This document shows, one piece after another, positions 47,078 through 57,853 of a DNA stretch of 64,000 nucleotides. Each line of letters starts with the position of its first letter. Position 1 is the first letter of the stretch. Source of the DNA: an uncultured Acidobacteriota bacterium (GTDB lineage: Bacteria > Acidobacteriota > Vicinamibacteria > Vicinamibacterales > CAVPJW01); assembly GCA_963817395.1 (NCBI GenBank), contig CAWFOC010000004.1:564914-628913 (forward strand). The letters are read 5' to 3'. The notes under the pieces were generated by a model that saw only the letters and a list, made by a program, of their open reading frames with translations, had not been told where the DNA came from and ran no database searches. The position numbers and the translations under genes were made by a program.

Positions 47078-47505
47078 TCGTTCACACCGACTACCTGTGG
47101 TTCGACACGAAGAGCCGGCAGGAATTCATCCGCATCACCGATCAGGTCGCTGCCGTCGTCAAGAAGAGCGGCGTCGAAGAGGGCTTCGCCCTGGTGTCGG
47201 CGATGCACATCACCTCGGGTGTGTACGTCAACGATTGGGAAAACGGACTCATCGAGGACTTTCAGAGCTGGCTGGAGAAGTTGGCGCCTGCCGGGCTGCC
47301 GTATCGGCACCATCAAACCGGCGAAGACAACGCCGATGCGCATCTGAAGCGAACGCTGATGGGTCATCAGGTGCTGCTGCCCATTACGGCTGGCGAGCTC
47401 GATCTCGGACCGTGGGAGCAGGTGTTCTATGCGGAATTCGACGGGCAGCGTCGTAAGCGCGTGATCGTCAAAGTGATGGGCCATGGCCGACGTCGAGGAA
47501 ACTGA
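47074..47505 (+). CDS. yjbQ: YjbQ/UPF0047 family protein (secondary thiamine-phosphate synthase)
   Basis: Contains FIRITDQV...[23 protein letters not shown]...[40 protein letters not shown]. It forms an ATGA overlap with tsaD. Confidence 0.8.
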   Translation: MIVHTDYLWFDTKSRQEFIRITDQVAAVVKKSGVEEGFALVSAMHITSGVYVNDWENGLIEDFQSWLEKLAPAGLPYRHHQTGEDNADAHLKRTLMGHQVLLPITAGELDLGPWEQVFYAEFDGQRRKRVIVKVMGHGRRRGN

Positions 47506-47850
47506 CGCGCTGACGCTGGTGCGGCGAATGGTTCGAGGCCTTCAACCGATCGGACGCGGAACGAGCGGCTCGACTCTATGCGGTCGATTGTGAGAACGAC
47601 CAGGCCGGTGACGGGCGTTATGTCGGCCGGGAGGCGCAGCGTGACTGGTTGGCTGCCCGGTTTCGGCTCCTGGACGGCGCGCGCGAGGGCGGTTCCCGGC
47701 GCCAGGTCACGACGCTCGGGCGCGTGGAGCGGGGCTGGACCCACGCTGAATGGATTGGCCGCGAGAGGCGCCGGGACACCGCTCAGATTGTCGAGACGGC
47801 CGGCTACGAGCACTTTCTGGTGGAGGAGGGGCGTCATCCGGCGTCAGCGC
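47484..47850 (+). CDS. NTF2/SnoaL-like domain protein (frameshift near 47528), possibly fused to the downstream Nudix domain
   Basis: [15 protein letters not shown] is followed, in the frame of ORF 47649..48065, by [24 protein letters not shown]...HFLVEEG. No stop separates it from the Nudix frame. Confidence 0.4.
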
Positions 47851-48360
47851 GGCGTCGCGCATCCCTTCGTGGCCCCCGCCGATCCGGACGAGCGGCCAGA
47901 CGCCGGCACGGAGCCGCCGAGGCGTTCGCGCCGCTATCCGTCGCACCCCATTGTTGGCGTGGGAGCCGTCATCGAACAGCACGGGCGTGTGGTGCTGGTC
48001 CGGCGACGATTCGAGCCGCTGGCCGGGCAATGGAGTCTGCCAGGCGGCACGCTCGAAGTGGGTGAAACGCTCGAGGCCGGTGTGGCAAGGGAGATGCTCG
48101 AGGAAACCGGACTCGTCGTCGCAGTCGGTCCCGTTGTCGAGGTCTTCGATCGCATTCTGCTCGACGACCAGCGGCGCGTGAAGTTTCACTTCGTGCTCGT
48201 CGATTACCTTTGCCGCCCCTCCGGTGGTGTGCTGCGACACGGGTCCGACGTCGATGACGCCGTGTTCGTCCCTCCGAGCGAACTCGACAAGTACCACCTG
48301 ACTCCAAAGGCCCTGGCGATTATCGACCGCGCTCTCGAGCTGGCGGGAACTCGTCCGTGA
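47851..48360 (+). CDS. Nudix hydrolase domain (C-terminal part of ORF 47578..48360)
   Basis: Nudix box GGTLEVGETLEAGVAREMLEETGL, preceded by VGVGAVIEQHGRVVLVRR. The true start is unresolved. Confidence 0.65.
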   Translation, partial: GVAHPFVAPADPDERPDAGTEPPRRSRRYPSHPIVGVGAVIEQHGRVVLVRRRFEPLAGQWSLPGGTLEVGETLEAGVAREMLEETGLVVAVGPVVEVFDRILLDDQRRVKFHFVLVDYLCRPSGGVLRHGSDVDDAVFVPPSELDKYHLTPKALAIIDRALELAGTRP

Positions 48361-49154
48361 CGTCCGACGGCCCGCGCACTGTCGCACTGGTGACCGGCGC
48401 GTCGACCGGCATCGGTCGGGAGCTGGCACGATTGCTCGCACGAGACGGCATCAATCTCGTGCTCGTCGCCCGATCCGTGGACCTCCTCGAAGCCCTTGCC
48501 CGTGAGATTCAGCACGCCCACGGCGTCGAGGTGATGACCATCGCTGGCGATCTCAGCGATCCGGACACCCCGGACCGGGTTTTCGAGCGGATACGGGATC
48601 GAGGACTGACCATCGACACGCTGGTCAACAATGCCGGAGTCGGCATTTATGGTGAGTTCTCGAACACGAACCTGGACGACGAGCTGCGAATGATTTCGCT
48701 CAATACGTCGGCCCTGGTCGCCTTGACGAAGCATTGTCTTATGGACATGCGCGCGCGGAATCGTGGTCGCATCCTTCAGGTCGCCTCGACGGCCGCTTTC
48801 GTCCCCGGACCGAAGATGTCGGTCTACTACGCCACCAAGGCGTTCGTGCTCTCGTTCTCGGAAGCCCTACGCGACGAACTGCGCGGGACGGCCATTACCG
48901 TGAGCGTGCTCTGTGCGGGACCCACCGCCACCGAATTTCACAAGCGCGCAGGCGCCGAGCGCTCGAAGCTGTTTGCGGGAATCGTGATGGACCCGGCGGT
49001 CGTTGCGGCGACCGCGTACGAGGGTCTTCGTGACGGGAAGGCCATCATCGTGCCGGGTCTCAGGAACAAGGTCGTTCCTCTCGTCGCGAGATGTCTCCCT
49101 CGTCGCATGGTGCTCTGGCTCTCCCACCGCGCCTCCGCCGCCACACATCGATAG
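48357..49154 (+). CDS. Short-chain dehydrogenase/reductase (SDR)
   Basis: Contains TGASTGIGRELA, NNAG and the catalytic Y-x3-K (YYATKAF). It forms a GTGA overlap with the upstream stop. Confidence 0.8.
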   Translation: MTSDGPRTVALVTGASTGIGRELARLLARDGINLVLVARSVDLLEALAREIQHAHGVEVMTIAGDLSDPDTPDRVFERIRDRGLTIDTLVNNAGVGIYGEFSNTNLDDELRMISLNTSALVALTKHCLMDMRARNRGRILQVASTAAFVPGPKMSVYYATKAFVLSFSEALRDELRGTAITVSVLCAGPTATEFHKRAGAERSKLFAGIVMDPAVVAATAYEGLRDGKAIIVPGLRNKVVPLVARCLPRRMVLWLSHRASAATHR

Positions 49155-49186
49155 CCGTCCCCAGAAGGACTCGAGCGGCAGCTCAA

Positions 49187-50678
49187 TCAGTTCTTTCGGC
49201 GCCACAGGAAATATACCGGCAAGCCAAGCATGACAATCACCAGACCTGGCAAAGTCGTCGACGCGCGATAGCCGAAGAGCACAAGCAGCAGAATCAGAGC
49301 ACCCACGATGTACAGACCTGGCACCCAGGGGTAGCCGAATGCCCGGTAGGGACGATCGGCGAGTGGCCTGGTCACGCGCAGCCGGAAGATGCCGACGATC
49401 GTGAGGATGTAGAAGATGAGTGCCGCCGAGATGATGTAGTCGAGCAGGTTGCCATAGAGATTGCCGTAGGCGAGGGTCGTCGTGTTGAACGTCCTCGGCA
49501 GCACCAGCGCGCATGCCCACAGGCCTTGAATGGTGAGCCCCCATGCCGGCACCTTCGCCTCATTCAGGCTTCCGGCCGGCTTGAAGAAGACCCCATCGCG
49601 GCTCATCGCGTAGTAGGCGCGCGCACCAGCGAGAATCAGTCCATTCGCACAGCCAAAGGTGGAAATCATGACGGCAAGCGCCATCAGCGTGGCGCCAGCT
49701 GTCGGGAAGACGGCCTCGACCGACGCCGTGGCCACTCGATCGCCGGGCGCCTGCTGAATGCTCTCCAGAGGCAGTGTCGCCAGATAGGCGACGTTCGCGA
49801 GGAGGTAGAGGGTAATCACGATCGCCGTGCCGAGCGCGAGCGACAACGGGACGTTGCGGCGTGGATCCTTCACCTCGCCAGCCGTAAAGGTGATGTTGTT
49901 CCACGCGTCGGCTGAGAAGAGCGATCCCGTTTGGGAGACGCACAGGGCGACGAACAGGCCGAACGCCGTGGCGGCCGACACGCCGGGCACGATCTCGATG
50001 TAGCCGCGCGGCGTCCAGAAGTTGCCGAAGTTGCTCGTCACGGCTTCGGCGCTCCAGCCAAACAGCAAGCCGATCGCGATGAGCGCGACCAGCGCCCCGG
50101 TCTTTCGCCGTGGTGAAGACATTCTGGATGACCCGGCCGTACTCGAGCCCTCGCGTGTTCGTCCAGGTGAGCAGAGCGATGAGCAGCATCGCCACCAGTT
50201 GTGCGCTCGAGAGTGACACGGCATAGCCGGTGGACACGTGAAGAGGCGGAATCAGGTAGGCATCTTCCGCAATCCCGGGAACGAGAGCCCCGAGGAACCG
50301 GGCGAACGCCACGGCCACGGCGGCGATGGTGCCGGTCTGAATCACGAGGAAGAGCGTCCAGCCGTACAGAAACCCCCAAAGGGGGGAGAACGCCTCGCGC
50401 AGATAGACGTACTGACCGCCAGCTCTCGGCATCATCGCGGCCAGCTCGCCGTACGAGAGCCCCGCCGCCACGGTCAGAACGCCGGTTACCACCCACGCTG
50501 TCAACAGCCAGCCAGGACTGCCAAGCTGTCTGGCCATGTCTGCAGAGACGATGAAGATGCCTGAGCCGATCATCGACCCGACGACAACCATGGTGGAGTC
50601 GTAAAGGCCGAGGCCGCGGGTGAATTCGGTATCGAGTGAAGTTGCCGGCGCCGCCGGCCGTGGATTCGTCATGCGCAC
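49187..50678 (-). CDS. APC-family amino acid permease; one frameshift near 50101
   Basis: ORF 49560..50678 (VVVGSMIGSGIFIV...) joins ORF 49187..50224 at ...FTTAK|TGALVALIAIG. There are about 12 TM helices. Confidence 0.75.
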
Positions 50679-50774
50679 GCTCCTGGGTTACGATGCTCGA
50701 CGAATTCGTCGGGCACTATAGCTCGAATCGTGCGGACCGGCCAGGACGGTTCGTCGGCTGCAGGAGGCCGCGTC

Positions 50775-52016
50775 GTGTCGCTGGATCTGATCAACACGCT
50801 GGCGTTCGCCGGTGTTGTGTTGTTCGTCGGATATCGCCTCAAGCGGGCGATGACGCCGCTCTCGCGCTACAACATTCCCGCGCCCGTCGTGGGAGGCCTC
50901 CTCGTGGCCGTCCTGATGACGGTGGCGCGCAACTGGAACCTGACGCCGCTCAAGTTCGACACCACGCTTCAAACGCCGCTGATGATTGCCTTCTTTACCT
51001 CCATCGGTTTCGGCGCCAGCCTGGCCCTTCTGAAAATCGGTGGGCCGCTCGTGGTCTTCTTCTTCGTGGCGTCCACGCTCGCGGCTGTCGCTCAGAACGT
51101 GCTCGGCGTGGTCGTGGCCGGGGTGCTCGGACAGCCGCCGCTGCTCGGCGTGCTCGCTGGCTCGGTGACCCTGACCGGTGGGCCGGCGACGGGCCTGGCG
51201 TTCGCCCCGCTCTTCGAGACAGCGGGCATCGGGGGAGCCGCGACGCTTGCCGTCGCCGCGGCCATGGTGGGCATCGTTTCTGGAGGCGTCATTGGCGGAC
51301 CAATCGGAACGTTTCTGATCGAGCGCGGCAGGCTCAAAGCTCCGCGCGCTCGTGCGATCGATCTTCACGTGCCCACCGCCGCCAACATCGCCGAAAGCCA
51401 GCTGGGGGAGCCCGCCGCCCGAGCCCCCGAGGGTGAGGACCGCGAAGCCTATGTGCTGCTCAAGAGCCTGGTGGTGATTCTGGCGGCCATGTGGATCGGC
51501 GGCTGGATCAGCCGTGGGTTCTCGGCGCTCGGTGCCACCTTGCCGGCGTACATCGGCGCCATGCTCGCGGCGGCGGCCATTCGAAACCTCGACGATGCGA
51601 CCAGTCTCATCGGGCTTTCTCAACGCACCGTTGACGACATCGGGAGCGTTGCGCTCTCCATGTTTCTGGTGCTTGCGCTGATGACGCTGCGCCTGTGGGA
51701 ACTGGTGGGTCTGGCGATTCCGCTCACCATCATCCTGCTGGCACAGGTCGGCCTGATCGCCGCGCTCTGCGTGCTGGTGATTCCACGACTGATGGGCCGC
51801 GACTACGATGCGGCCGTCATTTCCAGTGGATTCTGCGGGTTCATGCTCGGCACGACGGCCAATGCGATGGCGAACATGGAAGCGCTCGTCGAGCGCTACG
51901 GTCCATCGCCGAAGGCGTTTCTGGTGGTGCCGATGGTTGGGGCCTTTTTCATCGACTTCACCAATGCCATTATCATTACGATCTTTCTGAATATCTTCGC
52001 CGCGGCAGGGCCGTGA
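50775..52016 (+). CDS. gltS: Sodium/glutamate symporter
   Basis: Contains LINTLAFAGVVLFVGYRLKRAMTPLSRYNIPAPVVGGLL and GSVTLTGGPATGLAFAPLFE. The start is chosen at the GTG (VSLDL). Confidence 0.75.
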   Translation: MSLDLINTLAFAGVVLFVGYRLKRAMTPLSRYNIPAPVVGGLLVAVLMTVARNWNLTPLKFDTTLQTPLMIAFFTSIGFGASLALLKIGGPLVVFFFVASTLAAVAQNVLGVVVAGVLGQPPLLGVLAGSVTLTGGPATGLAFAPLFETAGIGGAATLAVAAAMVGIVSGGVIGGPIGTFLIERGRLKAPRARAIDLHVPTAANIAESQLGEPAARAPEGEDREAYVLLKSLVVILAAMWIGGWISRGFSALGATLPAYIGAMLAAAAIRNLDDATSLIGLSQRTVDDIGSVALSMFLVLALMTLRLWELVGLAIPLTIILLAQVGLIAALCVLVIPRLMGRDYDAAVISSGFCGFMLGTTANAMANMEALVERYGPSPKAFLVVPMVGAFFIDFTNAIIITIFLNIFAAAGP

Positions 52017-52043
52017 GCGATCGGTCGGCATGGGAGATCGCAT

Positions 52044-52652
52044 ATGGACACGAGCCGGTTCAGCCGTGACGAGGCGTGGCAGCTGCTCACCGAGTACACG
52101 TCGAGTGAGAGCCTCAGAAAGCACGCGCTTGCGGTTGAGGCCTCGGTGCGATCCTATGCGCGGCGCTTCGGGGAGGACGAAGAGACGTGGGGAGTCGTCG
52201 CACTCCTTCACGACTTCGACTACGAGCGCTGGCCCGATCCCGCCGATCATCCGTTCCGGGGTTGCGAGATTCTGCGCGAGCGCGGATATCCGGACTTCGT
52301 CACGCGCGCCATCCTGTCTCATGCCGACTACAGCAACGTGACGCGCGAGTCGCGCCTGGAGCACACGCTCTACGCCTGCGACGAGATGGCCGGCTTCGTG
52401 ACGGCCGCGGCACTGGTGCGGCCGAGCAGAAGCGTGCTCGATCTCGAGCCTGCATCGGTCGTCAAGCGGATGAAGGACAAGGCGTTCGCCCGTGCCGTCA
52501 AGCGGGAGGATCTCCGCCGGGGCGCAGACGAGATCGGCCTGCCCATCGAGGACCACATTGCCAACGTCATTGCCGCCATGCGCGAGAAGGCCGACGCGCT
52601 GGGCCTGAGGGGCACATTCGGTGCCACTACCCCCGCCGACGGTTCGGCCTGA
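52044..52652 (+). CDS. HD-domain phosphohydrolase
   Basis: Contains KHALAVEA...ALLHDFDYE...ILSHAD. Confidence 0.7.
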   Translation: MDTSRFSRDEAWQLLTEYTSSESLRKHALAVEASVRSYARRFGEDEETWGVVALLHDFDYERWPDPADHPFRGCEILRERGYPDFVTRAILSHADYSNVTRESRLEHTLYACDEMAGFVTAAALVRPSRSVLDLEPASVVKRMKDKAFARAVKREDLRRGADEIGLPIEDHIANVIAAMREKADALGLRGTFGATTPADGSA

Positions 52653-52686
52653 ACCCGACCCTTCGCCACCGCGTATAGTCGTTCAG

Positions 52687-53658
52687 ATGGATGCACCAGA
52701 GGCCGTCGAGGTTCCCACACAACCGGAGGTGCCCGCAGACTCGCCACCTGCCGTCAGGCTCGATGGTGTGAGCATCGCCTATGGCTCGGCCTGGGCCCTG
52801 CGAGATGTCACGGTGAGCTTTCAGTCCGGAGCTGTGGGCCTGCTGGGCCCCAACGGCGCCGGCAAGAGCACCCTCCTCAAATCGCTGCTGGGCTTCATCG
52901 CGCCCGACCGGGGCCGCCTGACGGTGCTCGGTCTGGACGTGGCATCGTCTGCGCCCGCGGTGCGTGCGCGGATCGGCTACATGCCTGAGAACGACGCGCA
53001 CATTCCAGGCATGAACGCGGTGACCTTCGTGGCCTATTGCGGAAGGCTGTGCGGCTTGCCCGCAGTCGATGCCATGCAGCGAGCACACGAGGTGCTTTAT
53101 TACGTCGGGCTGGGAGAGGCGCGGTATCGCAATCTGGAGACCTACTCGACCGGCATGAAGCAGCGCATCAAACTGGCGCAGGCGCTGGTCCATGATCCGG
53201 ATCTGCTATTTCTCGATGAGCCGACCAATGGCATGGACCCGAAGGGTCGAGACGAGATGCTCGAGCTCATTCGGGATCTCGGGCACGACCAGGGCGTCAG
53301 CCTGATTGTCTCGTCGCATCTCCTGCCCGACGTGGAGTACACGTGCGACCACATCGTCGTGCTCGACAAGGGGGAGGTGGCTGCCGACGGACCGATCGAA
53401 CGCCTCAAAGGATCCGGCGGTCAGGTATTCGAGCTGCGCGTCAAGGGCGACCTCGAGAGCTTCGTCCGCGTCCTTCGCGCGAGGGGCATCGACTGCCACG
53501 AAACCGACGAGGATGTGATGCGGGTCTTCGTACCCCCCGGTCATGGCGCCGAGCTGCTGTTCCAGCTCGCGGCACGCCAGGGAATGCAGGTTCGCCACCT
53601 CCGTGCCAGCGTTCCCACACTCGAAGACGTGTTCGCGCGTGCCGTCGGGGACGAGTAG
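52687..53658 (+). CDS. ABC transporter ATP-binding protein (ABC-2 subfamily) with C-terminal extension
   Basis: Contains LLGPNGAGKSTLL, YSTGMKQRIKLAQAL and LLFLDEPTNGMD. Confidence 0.8.
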   Translation: MDAPEAVEVPTQPEVPADSPPAVRLDGVSIAYGSAWALRDVTVSFQSGAVGLLGPNGAGKSTLLKSLLGFIAPDRGRLTVLGLDVASSAPAVRARIGYMPENDAHIPGMNAVTFVAYCGRLCGLPAVDAMQRAHEVLYYVGLGEARYRNLETYSTGMKQRIKLAQALVHDPDLLFLDEPTNGMDPKGRDEMLELIRDLGHDQGVSLIVSSHLLPDVEYTCDHIVVLDKGEVAADGPIERLKGSGGQVFELRVKGDLESFVRVLRARGIDCHETDEDVMRVFVPPGHGAELLFQLAARQGMQVRHLRASVPTLEDVFARAVGDE

Positions 53659-54498
53659 ATGCCCATCCACGACCAGGGCTACCGGCGGTACAGCGGAGCG
53701 CGAGACGGGCTAGGCCGGGCGTGGACGGTTATTGCCGCAACCGGCGTGCGAACCGTCCTTCAACGACGGCTGTTCCTGATGCTCCTGCTCGTCGCCTGGG
53801 GGCCGTTCATCGTCAGAGCCGTCCAGATTTACGCCACCGTGAACTTCCCGGGTGCATCGTTTCTGTCGGTCACGTCCCGAACATTCCGCGACTTCCTCGA
53901 TACGCAGGGGTTGTTCGTCTTTTTCATCACCATCTACGTGGGAGCAGGTCTCATCGCCAACGATAGGCGGGCCAATGCGCTTCAGATCTACCTGTCGAAG
54001 CCGCTGACACGCGCCGAATATGTCACCGGCAAGCTCGCCACCCTGATGTTCTTCCTGCTCCTCACCACCTGGGTGCCGGCCATCCTGCTACTCGTCGTGC
54101 AGGTGGTATTCGCCGGCAGCGTTTCATTTCTGAGGTCGAACCTCTATCTGATTCCCGCCATCACCGTCTTCTCGTTGCTGCAGGTTCTGGTGGCGTCGTT
54201 CACGATGCTGGGCCTTTCGTCGCTTTCGCGTAGCAGCCGATTCGTCGCCGTCATGTACGCCGGATTGGTGTTCTTTTCCGAAGCGATCGCAGACGTCGTC
54301 GAAGCCATTACCGGCGGGACCTCGTCGGCCTGGGTCTCCTTGTCGGCCAACCTGGCCCAGTTGGGAGATGCGATCTTCAGATTGCCGCATCGTTACGACA
54401 TGCCTGTGGTCGTGTCGCTGGCCATTGTGTCCGGCTTGGTCGGCCTCTCGATTCTGGTGCTCGAACGCCGCGTCCGCGGCGTGGAAGTGGTCACGTGA
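53659..54498 (+). CDS. ABC-2-type membrane permease (uncharacterised)
   Basis: 279 aa with about 6 TM helices. Its ATG immediately follows the upstream stop. Confidence 0.6.
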   Translation: MPIHDQGYRRYSGARDGLGRAWTVIAATGVRTVLQRRLFLMLLLVAWGPFIVRAVQIYATVNFPGASFLSVTSRTFRDFLDTQGLFVFFITIYVGAGLIANDRRANALQIYLSKPLTRAEYVTGKLATLMFFLLLTTWVPAILLLVVQVVFAGSVSFLRSNLYLIPAITVFSLLQVLVASFTMLGLSSLSRSSRFVAVMYAGLVFFSEAIADVVEAITGGTSSAWVSLSANLAQLGDAIFRLPHRYDMPVVVSLAIVSGLVGLSILVLERRVRGVEVVT

Positions 54499-55436
54499 CC
54501 TCGCCCGCCGCGCAGCCGCCGCTCGTGCAGGCGGAGCATCTGTCCAAGTGGTATGGCCAGGTGATCGGACTGAACGACGTCAGTGTGGCGCTCCCACCAG
54601 GCATCACGGGGTTGCTGGGCCCGAACGGAGCCGGCAAATCGACCCTGATGAAGCTCATTACCGGGCAGCTCCGACCCAGTAAGGGTGACATCCGCGTTCT
54701 CGGGCAGCCCATCTGGGGTAACCATGCGCTCTACAGCCGCCTCGGCTTCTGTCCGGAACAGGATGCGTTCTACGAGCGGATGACCGGGCTGGACTGGGTG
54801 ACGGCGCTCGTCAGCGTGAGCGGCTTCGGCGATCGCGAAGCCCGTGCCGCAGCTGAGAAGGCCCTGGCGGCCGTCGATCTGACCGATGCGGCGCACAAGA
54901 AGATCGGCGCCTACAGCAAGGGCATGCGCCAGCGGGTGAAGCTGGCCCAGGCCATTGCCCACGAACCCGAGCTGCTGATTCTCGACGAACCTCTGGCCGG
55001 GATGGATCCGCTCGGCCGACGGAAGACCATTCGCCTCATCAAGGACTGGGCGCGTCGCGGCCAGAGCATTCTCGTGTCGAGTCACATCCTGCACGAGATC
55101 GAAGCCATGACCGCCAATATCCTCCTCATCAACAACGGTCGAATCGTGGCCGAGGGCAACGTTCACCAGATCCGCGATCTCATCGATGAACATCCGCATA
55201 CCGTCCACATCCGCGCCGACGAGCCTCGAACCCTCGCTCGCATCATCCTGGCGCAGGACGACGTGCTCAGCCTGAAGCTGGAACGGGAGGCTGTCGTGGT
55301 TGAGACCGCACGCCCCGATGTGTTCTACGCGCGATTGACGGAACTCGCCGCCAGCGGCGAGGCGGGAGTTGTGCACGAAGTGACCTCTCCCGACGACAAC
55401 CTGCAGGCGGTGTTCAAGTATCTGGTGAAACAATGA
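54495..55436 (+). CDS. ABC transporter ATP-binding protein
   Basis: Contains LLGPNGAGKSTLMKL, YSKGMRQRVKLAQAI and LLILDEPLAGMD. Its start overlaps the upstream stop. Confidence 0.85.
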   Translation: MTSPAAQPPLVQAEHLSKWYGQVIGLNDVSVALPPGITGLLGPNGAGKSTLMKLITGQLRPSKGDIRVLGQPIWGNHALYSRLGFCPEQDAFYERMTGLDWVTALVSVSGFGDREARAAAEKALAAVDLTDAAHKKIGAYSKGMRQRVKLAQAIAHEPELLILDEPLAGMDPLGRRKTIRLIKDWARRGQSILVSSHILHEIEAMTANILLINNGRIVAEGNVHQIRDLIDEHPHTVHIRADEPRTLARIILAQDDVLSLKLEREAVVVETARPDVFYARLTELAASGEAGVVHEVTSPDDNLQAVFKYLVKQ

Positions 55437-56248
55437 AGTTCCTCGCGGCCTCGCTGAAGATCTTCGATCTCTCGCTCGGCGAGATGCTCTGGTCGCGGCG
55501 CACCATTTTCATGGCCCTGGTCGTGGGCGGTCCCGTCATCATGGCGATTGTCTTTCGGGCGCTCGAGCTGGCTGGGTTCCCGGCGCTCCGGGTGAACGGC
55601 GCCCGCGTTGGCGGACCGGCCATCTTCGGGATCGTCATCGGGTTCGTCTACCTGCGCTTCATCGTGCCGGTGCTCGGCGCCTTCTACGGAACCTCGCTCA
55701 TCGCCGACGAGGTCGACGACAAGACCATCACCTATCTTTTCACCCGCCCGATTCCTCGGGGCGCGATCGCCATCGGCAAGTACTTGAGTTACCTGGTCTG
55801 CACCGGACTGGTCGTGCTGCCGTCGGTCGTCCTGGTCTTCTTCCTGGTCGTCCCTATCGGCGGGGGAGCGATCGCGCCCGCGTTTCCCGGGCTCGTCCGC
55901 GACGTGGTGCTGCTTGGTCTGGGACTGGCAGCCTACGGGGCTTTTTTTGCCTTCATTGGCGCACGCGTGAAGCGCCCACTGCTCTTCGGGCTCGGCTTCG
56001 CGTTCGGGTGGGAGACCGCGGTGCTCCTGTTTCCCGGGTACCTGCGCCGCCTGACGATTGCGTACTACCTCCAGTCGCTCGTGCCGCACGCCGCGCCCGG
56101 GGGTGAACTGGCCAGCCTGTTACGCGCGGTTTTCCCGGATCAGCCGTCAGCCTGGGGGTCGGTGCTCGCGCTTCTGATCATCACCGGGATTTTTCTCGCC
56201 TGGACCGCGCATACCGTGGCCCGGCGGGAATACGTCCTGGAACAGTAG
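55433..56248 (+). CDS. ABC-2-type membrane permease
   Basis: 271 aa with 6 TM helices and an ATGA overlap with the ATPase. Confidence 0.65.
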   Translation: MKFLAASLKIFDLSLGEMLWSRRTIFMALVVGGPVIMAIVFRALELAGFPALRVNGARVGGPAIFGIVIGFVYLRFIVPVLGAFYGTSLIADEVDDKTITYLFTRPIPRGAIAIGKYLSYLVCTGLVVLPSVVLVFFLVVPIGGGAIAPAFPGLVRDVVLLGLGLAAYGAFFAFIGARVKRPLLFGLGFAFGWETAVLLFPGYLRRLTIAYYLQSLVPHAAPGGELASLLRAVFPDQPSAWGSVLALLIITGIFLAWTAHTVARREYVLEQ

Positions 56249-56307
56249 CGCGCCGCAGGAACCGACTGGCCCGACCATTCGTATATGCTGTCAAGGGCGT
56301 CGAATCG

Positions 56308-57294
56308 ATGACCAAGGGCACTCGTTATTTCATCTGGGGCGCGCTGGCGACTCTGGGCATCGGCCTGAGCGTGGGGTTGGTTGCCTACTATGCGGGCTTC
56401 CCCCTGGGCGCACGCTCGCAGGCCGACGACCTCGCCGAGCTTCAATACGTGCCCAGGGATGCGGATGTGGTCGCCTACGCGAACGTTCGCGACGTGATGG
56501 ATTCCGAGTTCCGGCAGCGACTGCGGGCGCGCGAATCGGGTACCGAGCGTGACGGACAGGCGGAGTTCCAGAAGCGCACCGGGATCAACATCGAGACCGA
56601 CGTGGATAGGGTAGTGGCTTACATGACGCACCGACCCGGCGAGTCTTCGTCCGAGAATGGGCTTGTGCTGGCGCGTGGCCGGTTCGACGCGGTGCGGCTC
56701 GAGGGACTGGCGCGCGAACACGGCGGAACGGTCGAGGACTACAAGGGCAAGCGTGTTCTGACGCACCGGGGCGAATCGACTGACAAGGACATGACGTTGG
56801 CGTTTCTAGAGGCCGGCCTCGTCGCGCTTGGCAGTGACCGTGTCGTGCGTCAGGCCATCGATGTGGCGTCAGGCGGGCAGAACGTGACCGCGAACGGCGA
56901 GATCATGAGGCTCGTCCAGGACCTCGACGACGGCAATGCGTGGGCCGTAGGCCGTTTCGACGCGTTGACAAGTTCGGGCCGGTTGCCCGAAGGAGTGCTG
57001 ACACAGCTGCCGGCCATCTCGTGGATCTCGGCCAGTGGCCGCGTCAACGGAGGCGTGACGGCGACGATCCGGGCAGAGACGCGTGACGATGCGGCAGCCG
57101 ACAGCCTTCGCGACGTCGTCCGTGGCATCGTGGCTCTGGCCGAGCTCCAGGGCAAGTCTCAGCCGGGCGTGGAGACGATTGTGCGATCGGTCCAGCTGGG
57201 CGGAACCGGGCGGAGCGTCTCGCTTTCGTTCACCGTGCCCGCCGAAGTCTTCGAGGCCGTCACCGGAACCGGGCCAGGAGCGCCACAGCCATAG
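56308..57294 (+). CDS. Membrane-anchored periplasmic protein of unknown function
   Basis: Single N-terminal TM (YFIWGALATLGIGLSVGLVAYYAG) followed by a soluble domain. It is co-directional with the ABC genes, and no family was recognised. Confidence 0.4.
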   Translation: MTKGTRYFIWGALATLGIGLSVGLVAYYAGFPLGARSQADDLAELQYVPRDADVVAYANVRDVMDSEFRQRLRARESGTERDGQAEFQKRTGINIETDVDRVVAYMTHRPGESSSENGLVLARGRFDAVRLEGLAREHGGTVEDYKGKRVLTHRGESTDKDMTLAFLEAGLVALGSDRVVRQAIDVASGGQNVTANGEIMRLVQDLDDGNAWAVGRFDALTSSGRLPEGVLTQLPAISWISASGRVNGGVTATIRAETRDDAAADSLRDVVRGIVALAELQGKSQPGVETIVRSVQLGGTGRSVSLSFTVPAEVFEAVTGTGPGAPQP

Positions 57295-57302
57295 CAGGAC
57301 GC

Positions 57303-57331
57303 TTGACTCGGTCTAGCCGGTCCCCTACACT
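57303..57331 (+). promoter_or_regulatory. Sigma-70-type promoter candidate TTGACT-N17-TACACT
   Basis: -35 TTGACT (57303-57308), a 17-nt spacer, and -10 TACACT (57326-57331). It is about 64 nt upstream of the ATG at 57395. Confidence 0.35.
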
Positions 57332-57394
57332 CGCTCTCTCACGGAACAAGCAGCCGACGATACCCACTCGAAGGTGCACCGCGACCCGCGAGCC

Positions 57395-57796
57395 ATGTCC
57401 ACGCGCGTCTTCTTCTACGGTACGCTGCGCACGGGGTTCAGCCGGCGTCCGCGCACGGGCGTGGATCCCAAGCTCACCTTCATCGGCCACGGATCCATCG
57501 AAGCAGCGCTGTTCGACGTCGGGTTGTACCCGGCCGCAGTGCCGACGCCGGACTCTCGCGTGTTCGGCGAAGTCTTTGAGATGGAGACACCCGACGAAGT
57601 GCTCGCAACGCTTGACGAGTTCGAGGGCTATCGTCCGTCGGAACCGGATAGCAGCCTGTACACGCGCGCCGAGACCCCGGTGACGCTGGATGACGGTCGC
57701 ATCGAGCTGGCGTGGGTCTACTTCTACAACGCGCCGCTCGGGCGCGCCGCCCGGATCCCGTCGGGCGACTATCTGCGGCACCTTCGCGTCAAGTAA
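57395..57796 (+). CDS. Gamma-glutamylcyclotransferase (AIG2/GGACT-like) family protein
   Basis: Contains MSTRVFFYGTLR...LYPAAVP...VFGEVFEM...LDEFEGY. Confidence 0.7.
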   Translation: MSTRVFFYGTLRTGFSRRPRTGVDPKLTFIGHGSIEAALFDVGLYPAAVPTPDSRVFGEVFEMETPDEVLATLDEFEGYRPSEPDSSLYTRAETPVTLDDGRIELAWVYFYNAPLGRAARIPSGDYLRHLRVK

Positions 57797-57853
57797 GGCG
57801 AGGCGAGCCGTCGTGACTGCGTCGAGAATCGGCGATGGCGGTCGTTCGCACGC

